Source: a virus
Lineage: Duplodnaviria > Caudoviricetes
DNA: 64,000 nt
Strand: one strand, 5' to 3'
Virus record (IMG/VR): IMGVR_UViG_3300043423_000073
Coordinates: 64,001-128,000 of that record
Shown: positions 1 to 7,522 of the stretch, in pieces
Layout: each line of letters begins with the position of its first letter
How positions within the stretch are numbered: position 1 is the first letter of the stretch
Made by a program: the position numbers and the translations under genes
Notes under the pieces: generated by a model
Databases searched by the model: none
What the model saw: only the letters and a program-made list of their open reading frames with translations
What the model was told of the DNA's origin: nothing

Positions 1-478
1 TAGTGGCTAAGACAGCACCGCCAGAGAAGTCTACGATGTGGTTAACCATGTGCTCGTAGTGGCGCATCCACTTCTCCATGCCCCAGACATGAACAAAGTC
101 GTCAGGGTCGATCGTCTGTGCCAAGCAGCGAACGTAGATGCGAGGAACTTGGTCTTTAGGAATCTGGTTCAGGATGTAGCCTAGGCTTTCGAAGCCCGGC
201 TGGAACATGTCCTCGAAAAAGATAACGTCCTCGCCTGTCACCTCGCCCTCGCGCATTAACTTTACCAAATTCTGCATCTGGCTTAGGGCAAAAAAGCTTC
301 GACCGTGTGCGTCAAGTACCTGGCCTACGGAAATGGCCTTGCTAGTGTCAAGCAGGTCGCCAGGCACAACGTGGTAAACAATGCCGAGTTTGTCGAAGGT
401 GGCTGTGCTCCAGTTCTGGAGTTGAAGGGTGTAACGGCCCTCGTAAGGCTCAAGCCCGCAGTACCAGAGTTTTCTCAT
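1..478 (-). CDS. Putative glycosyltransferase, 5' part only (runs off the window)
   Basis: Not in the ORF track. ATG at 478 overlaps the stop of the upstream ORF (ATGA). My translation, MRKLWYCGLEPYEGRYTLQ...GQVLDAHGRSFF...DVIFFEDMFQPG, resembles phage GT-B glycosyltransferases as I recall them. Confidence 0.6.
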   Translation of the reverse strand, partial: MRKLWYCGLEPYEGRYTLQLQNWSTATFDKLGIVYHVVPGDLLDTSKAISVGQVLDAHGRSFFALSQMQNLVKLMREGEVTGEDVIFFEDMFQPGFESLGYILNQIPKDQVPRIYVRCLAQTIDPDDFVHVWGMEKWMRHYEHMVNHIVDFSGGAVLAT

Positions 479-846
479 TGCTGCTCTCCTGTTGGCGCAG
501 TGCCAGATAAGGAAACAATTGCGCCGCACTCGCCGTCCTCAGAAACTTCAACGGCAGGGTTGCGACCAGGGTAACGACTGTTGATGGCCAACAAAAGCTC
601 TTCCGCAATCATCTCGCACGACTTGCTATTGAGCGTGAGAATACCGCTGGTGTACTGCGCCTCGCACCAATTCAGAAACTGATGGAATTCTATCTCGCGG
701 TCTTGGTGATGAACGTTGACCCAGACTTTGAACTTGAAGAGGTGCCGGTGTGGGTGCGACAAGTAGCCGACGTCGGCAGGCGCAGCCGGGTAAGCGTGGA
801 TGCCGATTTTCTGAAAGGTGATCCAAATGCGGGAGGAGGTGTTCAT
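475..846 (-). CDS. dpdL: QueD-paralog T-fold protein, DpdL-like (putative CDG decarboxylase)
   Basis: LSHPHRHLF fits the LxxxHRHxF signature; also DREIEF, SCEMIA, VSEDGE. Start likely at ATG 846 (MNTSS). Confidence 0.65.
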   Translation of the reverse strand: MNTSSRIWITFQKIGIHAYPAAPADVGYLSHPHRHLFKFKVWVNVHHQDREIEFHQFLNWCEAQYTSGILTLNSKSCEMIAEELLLAINSRYPGRNPAVEVSEDGECGAIVSLSGTAPTGEQQ

Positions 847-914
847 AAAGTGTTCCAAGGTGGGAAGGTGGGAAGGGGGGACCGGTTGAAGGTTAAAAGA
901 AACAGGTGCGCAGG

Positions 915-2207
915 TTAGGTGTTTGTGGCAAACCACTCGTCAAACTTATCGACGATGGCTAACGCGGCCCTAGACTTTGACGTTGCGGAGACAGCAGAGG
1001 ACGCAAAGAGACGACCGCTGGGCGGCGCGTTGGTAGAGCGAAGAGGTTTGTCCTCAGGCCAAGCTTTTGTGCCCTCAATGTACGCGTCGATGCCTTTGAG
1101 ATTCTCCTTAATGTAAGGTAGCGGCGTGCTTACGCTAGCGCCCGGGGTGTCGGCATGGAACCTACGTATGCGGTCTGCTATCTTGTCCATCATGAGCAGA
1201 TTGTGCATGAGAGAAATCTGCGGAGTCTGCGAATAAACGTACTCCCACTTAGCCTGCTGGCAAACAAAGCACCCACAGCTAAGGTACCGGCGCGCATTAC
1301 TCCCGCCTTTGGGCGAGATTTGTTGGACCGAAAAGTTCTCGTCAACAATCTGTGCAGAGATGCCAAGCTGCAACCAGGTACTGCTATCCGAGGTTACCAC
1401 AACTTGGTGCTTCTCGGCCAAAGCCGCAAGGACCATCATCTGCCAACCCGCAGTTGCTCCTAAAAAGTGAAAGTATTTGTAACCGCTCTCTAGGATCAAG
1501 CGGCGCGCTGCTGTCGTAAAGGCCTTAGGGTGAAGGTAGCTTTTTGGCGAAATGCGGAAGCCTCCTACTGAAAGACCTGCGCCACCGCTGTTACCTTTTC
1601 TCGACAGGTTAAGCCAAGCCAGACGCTCTCGAAGCGTCGCACCATGGTTCACGTTTAGGTAGGTGGTATAACCACTCTTGTCAAAAAACCGATTAGTGTT
1701 TGACGTGACTGAAGACATGCGAGCAAGTACCTTCTTATCCAGCTCAGTACCACCGAAAGCGATAAGAGGTATGTCCAGCGAGACCCCCAAGTCGACTTTC
1801 TTGTGTGCGGCTAGTACGTCTGCCGGAGAGATAAACTCCTCACGACCGACCGCAATCTGGAAGCCACCTGAGTCTTGTATGATCAGGTGATTAGGCATGA
1901 GGTCTAGCGCAGGACTATCAAGCCAGTTCACTAAGCCAAAGGGCGTCTTCAGTTGGTCACGGAGGTTAAAAGTTTTGTGTTTTACGTCCTTGGCTTTTCG
2001 GTAGGACTCAGAAAAAACCAAAAGGTCAGAGTCAGGTAATCCATAGCGGTACGCCGTGTAGTTACCCTCTTTGTACTTTTTTGTCTGGTAGGAGAAAGCG
2101 GCGTTAGCCGCAGGACGCGACACAAAAGAGGAGAACATGCGCTGGTCGAATACTGCGGGCGCGAGGTAGTAGCCAGGAGCGACCTCTGACAGCTTAGGTT
2201 TTTGCAT
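915..2207 (-). CDS. TGT-fold guanine transglycosylase (DpdA-like)
   Basis: DSGGFQ, LDIP, HFLG and DSSTW motifs plus a CGCFVC...HN zinc site; adjacent to folE/queE/queD. Confidence 0.8.
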   Translation of the reverse strand: MQKPKLSEVAPGYYLAPAVFDQRMFSSFVSRPAANAAFSYQTKKYKEGNYTAYRYGLPDSDLLVFSESYRKAKDVKHKTFNLRDQLKTPFGLVNWLDSPALDLMPNHLIIQDSGGFQIAVGREEFISPADVLAAHKKVDLGVSLDIPLIAFGGTELDKKVLARMSSVTSNTNRFFDKSGYTTYLNVNHGATLRERLAWLNLSRKGNSGGAGLSVGGFRISPKSYLHPKAFTTAARRLILESGYKYFHFLGATAGWQMMVLAALAEKHQVVVTSDSSTWLQLGISAQIVDENFSVQQISPKGGSNARRYLSCGCFVCQQAKWEYVYSQTPQISLMHNLLMMDKIADRIRRFHADTPGASVSTPLPYIKENLKGIDAYIEGTKAWPEDKPLRSTNAPPSGRLFASSAVSATSKSRAALAIVDKFDEWFATNT

Positions 2208-2853
2208 TGACTATCCCCATGAACTCCGCACGCAAGGCCGCCTCCTTGAAGCGCCCACCAAGCTTGCTTGTGGAGGTGTAGGAGGTGACGTCGCGCACAC
2301 CGCGAGACTTGACGCAAAAGTGCGAAGCTTGGATGAACACCGCCACGCTTTCAGTCTCGAGAATACTCGAAAGAGCGCAATGGATTTGTTCCGTTAAGCG
2401 CTCTTGTATCTGTGGGCGCTTGGAGAAAAACTCGACCACGCGGTTGATCTTAGACAAGCCTAGCACCTTCTTGTCTGGAAGGTACGCTACCACAGCCTTA
2501 CCATCAATGACGACGAAGTGATGCTCGCAATTCGACTGCACGTTGATGTCCGAGACAACCACCAGCTCGTCATAGCTCATTTTGTTCTCTACGGTGGTGC
2601 ATTTCGGAAAGTTTTCGTAGTTCAAGCCTGTGAAAATCTCGCTCACGTACATTTTAGCCACGCGGCGCGGAGTGTCAAAAAGACTGTCGTCCGACAGGTC
2701 GAGGCCTAAAGCCTGCATGATGGCGCGAAAGTGCTCCTCAACGGCCTCAGTCTGCTGCACTCGGCTCAGGTGCGTTGGCAGAATAGGCGTCTCGATGCCT
2801 CGAGCGAGTAAGGCGTCGCGAACTTTGAGGCCGAGCTGGTAATCTTTTTGCAT
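2194..2853 (-). CDS. folE: GTP cyclohydrolase I
   Basis: DTPRRVAKMY, CEHHF, GLSKINR, QIQERLT, HFCVKSRG. Confidence 0.97.
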   Translation of the reverse strand: MQKDYQLGLKVRDALLARGIETPILPTHLSRVQQTEAVEEHFRAIMQALGLDLSDDSLFDTPRRVAKMYVSEIFTGLNYENFPKCTTVENKMSYDELVVVSDINVQSNCEHHFVVIDGKAVVAYLPDKKVLGLSKINRVVEFFSKRPQIQERLTEQIHCALSSILETESVAVFIQASHFCVKSRGVRDVTSYTSTSKLGGRFKEAALRAEFMGIVNAKT

Positions 2854-2862
2854 TTGATTCTT

Positions 2863-3411
2863 TCAAAGAAGGGGGAGGCGGAGGTCAGCCGCGTAGCTAA
2901 CATCTAGCGGATTGACGTAGAGCTTGTCCTTGTGGAGCACTCTGACGTATTTACCGTTATCGATTTTGAGGGCGACGTTCACGCCCTGCTGTTCAAGATC
3001 GGTAAAGGTAGCAACGGCGTCAGGCCAACTTGCAAACTCCTTGCCTGAGGGTAGTTGCATCCTAGCAGTTAGGACAAAGAGTATTCTGTCTGCTGAGGCA
3101 GCCTGTGCCGCAGCCGTATGAAGTTGAAGAAGCGACAGTTTTTCTTGTGCGGGTAGGCAGGACACCTCCAAGGTCAACTTCTTGCAAGGTCGGTACTCTA
3201 AGACGGCGTGGCAAAGCTCGTAGGCTATAGGGGATAGACGCCCTGCTCCGAAGTAGACATGGTCAACAGTAGGCAAGTGGCCTTTAATGTTGCGCATAGT
3301 GACCTGCGACGACGCGATGAACAAAGTTCGAGCGCCCTGGTTGGGGCCTTCGTGCTCGATCCCACGAAAAAGCGGCGTATCGAGAATGAGGTGAGGAGAG
3401 TCTACAGTCAT
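2863..3411 (-). CDS. Hypothetical protein inside the deazaguanine cluster
   Basis: 182-aa ORF coupled between queE and folE; N-terminal FRGIEHEG...TLFI and HVYFGA. Confidence 0.7.
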   Translation of the reverse strand: MTVDSPHLILDTPLFRGIEHEGPNQGARTLFIASSQVTMRNIKGHLPTVDHVYFGAGRLSPIAYELCHAVLEYRPCKKLTLEVSCLPAQEKLSLLQLHTAAAQAASADRILFVLTARMQLPSGKEFASWPDAVATFTDLEQQGVNVALKIDNGKYVRVLHKDKLYVNPLDVSYAADLRLPLL

Positions 3412-4217
3412 GGGATTGCCGTAAAGAGGTGGGTTTGAAGGGAGAGGAGGTAACCGTTGTCGATGCAGTACTGCGCCGCGTACTCATAGTTGCGCTGTGT
3501 TGCCTCTGCGTCGATGAGTTCGCGGTCCCAGATGGAAGACACCTCGCCTTGGTAAGCCTTCTTGTAGACTGCAATAGGACTCACATAGACCGGTATAATG
3601 TCTCTTGCCGCATTCCTGAGGCGCTTGTCTGCCGCAGCCCAGTCGGGTACTGTGTGGTAAACAGACTCAGGGTCAGCGGAGAGCAAGAACTTGAGGGCAG
3701 ACGTACGCTCGAGTACAGCTGGAGGTGTTGGCGTGTATTTCTTAAGGCGATCATTTGCCTTAGGGCTGACTACAAGCAGCACCGGCAAGTCCAGCCAGTC
3801 GTCCTGCCGTCCTAAGGTTGACGCAAAGAAGTAGGCTGGCGTGCCGTTCGACTCAATCTGAATTGTGTCAAAGTATCGCGGCAGAATCGCTAAGAGCTCC
3901 CACAGGTTTGTCTGCAGCAAGGGCTCGCCGCCAGTAATGACTACAACTCGCGACTTGTTTTTAATAGCCGCTGCCTCTTCGGCTAACTCCAGCGGCTTAA
4001 GCCACCTTGCCTGGTCAAGATGGAAGGCGGTATCACAGAAGCCACACGTGTCCTTTTTATCACCAAAGTTGCAGCCCGCGAGTCTGATGAAGACGGCAGG
4101 TTGACCGGCTAGGGGACCTTCACCTTGAATGGTGTTGAAAATGCTTGTGATCGCCAGCTCGGTCTTGTCTGCAAAGTCTTTTCGAGAAACAATGCGATCA
4201 ATGTTCTGCGTAATCAT
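3408..4217 (-). CDS. queE: 7-carboxy-7-deazaguanine synthase (radical SAM)
   Basis: IFNTIQGEG, FIRLAGCN...CGFCDT, VITGGEPLLQ, SLQTH. Confidence 0.95.
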   Translation of the reverse strand: MITQNIDRIVSRKDFADKTELAITSIFNTIQGEGPLAGQPAVFIRLAGCNFGDKKDTCGFCDTAFHLDQARWLKPLELAEEAAAIKNKSRVVVITGGEPLLQTNLWELLAILPRYFDTIQIESNGTPAYFFASTLGRQDDWLDLPVLLVVSPKANDRLKKYTPTPPAVLERTSALKFLLSADPESVYHTVPDWAAADKRLRNAARDIIPVYVSPIAVYKKAYQGEVSSIWDRELIDAEATQRNYEYAAQYCIDNGYLLSLQTHLFTAIP

Positions 4218-4723
4218 TTTTTCTCCTGTTCTACAAAGACGGGGCGTCCTGCGTGGTCGATAAAGAAGTCCAGAGCAGTGAGATTGCGCATGGCCATATT
4301 GGCATCAGTCTCGCGGACTTGGACGCAGGTGCAAAGCACGCGTCCTGCATAACCGTAGTCTTTCAACCAACACGAGTTAATGTAGTTGAACACAAAGTCG
4401 GCAAGGCCTTCGCAGCCGGTGCGCTCAACTTCTGTTATCTTTGCTAACGAACCAAGCTTGAGTAATGTCTCGCGGTCAGGGTCGTCTTGTGCAACCAAGA
4501 GCGTGTGGTCAAACCAATTTTCGAGCAAGTCTTTGAGCGGACGTAGCCCGCCGTAATCTACAACCCAGTTGCGGGCGTCTAGGTCGATGGCCCCAAACTC
4601 AAGATGAATCGACAATGCATACCCGTGGATTTTGTTGCAGTGCGAGTCAGCACGCCACTGACGATAGGCGACAGGAAATGCCTGGTTGTACGTCTTGGTA
4701 GACGTGAAGGGAAAAGATGACAT
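4214..4723 (-). CDS. queD: 6-carboxytetrahydropterin synthase
   Basis: SHCNKIHGY, WVVDYG, FDHT, GCEGLA, VRET. Confidence 0.92.
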   Translation of the reverse strand: MSSFPFTSTKTYNQAFPVAYRQWRADSHCNKIHGYALSIHLEFGAIDLDARNWVVDYGGLRPLKDLLENWFDHTLLVAQDDPDRETLLKLGSLAKITEVERTGCEGLADFVFNYINSCWLKDYGYAGRVLCTCVQVRETDANMAMRNLTALDFFIDHAGRPVFVEQEKK

Positions 4724-4745
4724 AGAGGATCCTTAAAATGCGTAT

Positions 4746-5741
4746 TTACAGTTTTGGCTTGGCTTGAGTTTGCGCAGCCAGAACGGCTTGCCGTAGCTGA
4801 TTGACCTTGAAAACCGGCATGTTGCCTGGGTCCCAGAGCTCGACGCCTTTTCTCTTCGCAGACTTTGAGGGTTCGGCACGATTACGGAATGCCCAGTAAG
4901 GACTGTCCTCATCGCAAAGGTCAAAAACTTCTGTGGTAAACATGCGCTTGAGTTGCGGGCGAATGTACTCAACTGCATTTTTGCCGGCGCAGTCACCGTC
5001 AAAGCAAAGAATGATTTTGTCCGCGCCAGAAAGATCAAGTATGATCGACTTGGTACGCGTCCAGGATTGAGTACCTAGGATTGCAATTGCAGGTATGCCT
5101 AATGAGAGCAACCGCAAAGCGTCTCTAGGGCCTTCAACCAACACCAGCGTCTTGATTTTAAGACTCCGCATTATTTTGACGGCGTAGTCAAAACCGAACA
5201 GGCCGTACTTTTCTGACCACTTGCCGGGCTTGTTGAGGTAGCTAGGTTTGTCTGCTTCCTTGCGAAGACGCGCCCGGACGTAGCCTCGTTCCTCCCTGTT
5301 GATTAGCACAGGTAGGTAAACAAACTTTGTGCCGTACTGCTCGACTAGCGACGCCCCAACTTTTTTAAGCAAGAGTGTGCTAATGCCTCGCCACTTCTTG
5401 CCCTCAGGCAGCGGCGTGTGCCTAAACACGTGGTCAACATTTTCGTCTTCTTGCAAAGGCCGAACAACTGGGCGGGCGTAGGCAACGCTGGGCTTGCTTT
5501 TCTCGTAAGGCTTTAGTCCGAGCTTCGGGGCAAACACATCCCACGGCTGCTTCTCTCCGCAGCCGTAACACTTGCCGTAACCGGGGCTGCCGGAAGAGGC
5601 AGAGTGAAAGATACGGAAGCTAGGTGTACGCTCGCCGTGAAATGGGCACAAGACAAAAGTGCTATCACTACCTGCGGGCTTTTTGATACCTGTGTAGCTA
5701 GCAAGCTCAGTAAGAACGTGGTCTAACCGTTTATGATTCAT
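4746..5741 (-). CDS. dnaG: DnaG-type primase (CHC2 zinc finger plus TOPRIM)
   Basis: CPFHGERTPS...CYGC; LVEGPRDAL; FDGDCAG. Start likely at ATG 5741, overlapping the upstream stop. Confidence 0.9.
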   Translation of the reverse strand: MNHKRLDHVLTELASYTGIKKPAGSDSTFVLCPFHGERTPSFRIFHSASSGSPGYGKCYGCGEKQPWDVFAPKLGLKPYEKSKPSVAYARPVVRPLQEDENVDHVFRHTPLPEGKKWRGISTLLLKKVGASLVEQYGTKFVYLPVLINREERGYVRARLRKEADKPSYLNKPGKWSEKYGLFGFDYAVKIMRSLKIKTLVLVEGPRDALRLLSLGIPAIAILGTQSWTRTKSIILDLSGADKIILCFDGDCAGKNAVEYIRPQLKRMFTTEVFDLCDEDSPYWAFRNRAEPSKSAKRKGVELWDPGNMPVFKVNQLRQAVLAAQTQAKPKL

Positions 5742-6553
5742 TGCAAGTAATGACAAAGTGTTTCTATGAAGGCGCTAATGCGCTCCTCTTCATGCTGTGC
5801 TATACTCCTCAGATATTCTAGGCGTAAGTGGCCCACCGCTTCTGTGTAGGCAATGTTCATGTCCGCGTCCAGCACCTCATCCCAGGCAGACGACTCTTTA
5901 AGAAGACGCTGTGCCCTATCGGCGTGGTCTGTGGCGTGGTCCGTGGCAATGAGGCAGTCGTAAAGGCGCGCCCTACACTCCTCACGAGTGCTTAACCTTG
6001 TGTCGTTGGCGTTTAGCAGTTCCGTTGCTAAAGGTGTAGTGAGGTACCCGAAGTTACCGAGTACTTTACGCGAATCCCCAGTGAACGCGTCTACGAGGGA
6101 AAGTCTGTATCCCTCTCCGGTGGCCAGTCGTTCCCAAATCTTGGAAGCGGCAGCTGTGTGCCTAGCCGATATAAGCTCGTACCCCCGCACGAGTGCTGCC
6201 TTATAGAAGGCGTAGGCAAAGCCCTTGCCGCGAACACTGGCGTCTAAGTAAACGTGCGGACAAACAAAGTCAGAGCCAAGTAGTCCGGCTTCTCGCGCCA
6301 GCATGCGCCCCTCCGCAAAATCAAAGATAAACCGGCCGACACACCGGCACAACTTGCCGTCCTGTGCGGCATATAGGTATATCTCGAGAGCCTCCCGCTT
6401 TCTGTATAGTTTAGCCGGTAGGCCGCACAAGGGTGGTAGATACCGCACAGGCGACACCAGCTTACCGAGGTCAGGTGGCGAGACGAACGCGTCCTTCTCG
6501 ATTGTGTTAAACGGCAGCGTGTGCGTTTGGTGTTGCGTTGTAGTTTTACCCAT
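5738..6553 (-). CDS. GNAT-like acetyltransferase domain protein
   Basis: VYLDASVRGKGFAYAFY resembles the acetyl-CoA-binding motif A; also ASKIWERL. Confidence 0.55.
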   Translation of the reverse strand: MGKTTTQHQTHTLPFNTIEKDAFVSPPDLGKLVSPVRYLPPLCGLPAKLYRKREALEIYLYAAQDGKLCRCVGRFIFDFAEGRMLAREAGLLGSDFVCPHVYLDASVRGKGFAYAFYKAALVRGYELISARHTAAASKIWERLATGEGYRLSLVDAFTGDSRKVLGNFGYLTTPLATELLNANDTRLSTREECRARLYDCLIATDHATDHADRAQRLLKESSAWDEVLDADMNIAYTEAVGHLRLEYLRSIAQHEEERISAFIETLCHYLQ

Positions 6554-6650
6554 GAATAACTAACTCCTTGCGTTTTCAGTTAATGCCTGCCAGTTTTTTT
6601 GTACCACCACAGCAAGCTCGGTCAAATTCTAACCGTTTATGCTTCATGGT

Positions 6651-7235
6651 TTACGCTTCATGGTAGAGACGCGCCTCAAGGGCGTTGAACGCCAGGAGCT
6701 TTTCTTGCGCAGACCAGCGTTGCCACTTTGAGCTTATAGCCTCAGCTTGAACAAAGAAAAACTGACCGTTAGGACTAAACCTGTACGTGAGGAAGCGCAA
6801 GGGATTCGCGTCAAGAAAAGCTTTCACCGCGAAGGCCATGTCGCTGGTGTAGCTCACGAGGTATGCGGCTTTGCGATTACTGTCAAATAGCCCTAAGGTG
6901 TGCAGGCAGTAGCGACCACCGCCAAAGGCAAAAGATTTGTGGTCCTTGCCTAGGTTTACGATTAGGTATGGCAGGCTCGGCGGTAACTGTCTGAGCTTAT
7001 CCCGGTAGCGCTCTCCTGGCAGCGAGTCGATACCTGCTACGAAGGCCGAGGTCGTTGCTTCGCCAAAAACTTCCACTACCTTGTCACGAGCAGGCAGCAT
7101 GATGACTTCCCTAGGCTCAGTCACCAAGGCCTGCAACCGACCGATTGAATTGGAATTGGTGAGCAGCCACTGGTAATTGGAGGTCAAGGAAAGCGGCGGC
7201 GGGTTTACACCACCTAGCGTGTACGCAATTAACAT
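6651..7235 (-). CDS. Hypothetical protein
   Basis: 194-aa ORF in the replication operon. Confidence 0.65.
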   Translation of the reverse strand: MLIAYTLGGVNPPPLSLTSNYQWLLTNSNSIGRLQALVTEPREVIMLPARDKVVEVFGEATTSAFVAGIDSLPGERYRDKLRQLPPSLPYLIVNLGKDHKSFAFGGGRYCLHTLGLFDSNRKAAYLVSYTSDMAFAVKAFLDANPLRFLTYRFSPNGQFFFVQAEAISSKWQRWSAQEKLLAFNALEARLYHEA

Positions 7236-7522
7236 AGGGAACCTTTCGGCAGCGCCACAGGCTGAAAAGCAGCAGTTGATCCGCCATAGGCGTAAACAAG
7301 CTCTATTGGGTTGCGAGGATCAAGGCAGGACTGCAAGGACAGGCAAAACTGCTGCAGCGTTTTCTCTCGTAGCGAATCGAAGACCAACGTCGTTACGTAG
7401 ATAGGCTGGAACGCCTCATCCACAACAGCCAGTGTGTTATGTCGGTACTCCACGTAGAGCACGCCGTCTTCGATGGGGACGAGCACAGAGTTTTCACTTT
7501 GATAATGCGGCTCGGCAGGCAT
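7229..7522 (-). CDS. Hypothetical protein
   Basis: 97-aa ORF overlapping the end of polA. Confidence 0.55.
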   Translation of the reverse strand: MPAEPHYQSENSVLVPIEDGVLYVEYRHNTLAVVDEAFQPIYVTTLVFDSLREKTLQQFCLSLQSCLDPRNPIELVYAYGGSTAAFQPVALPKGSLC

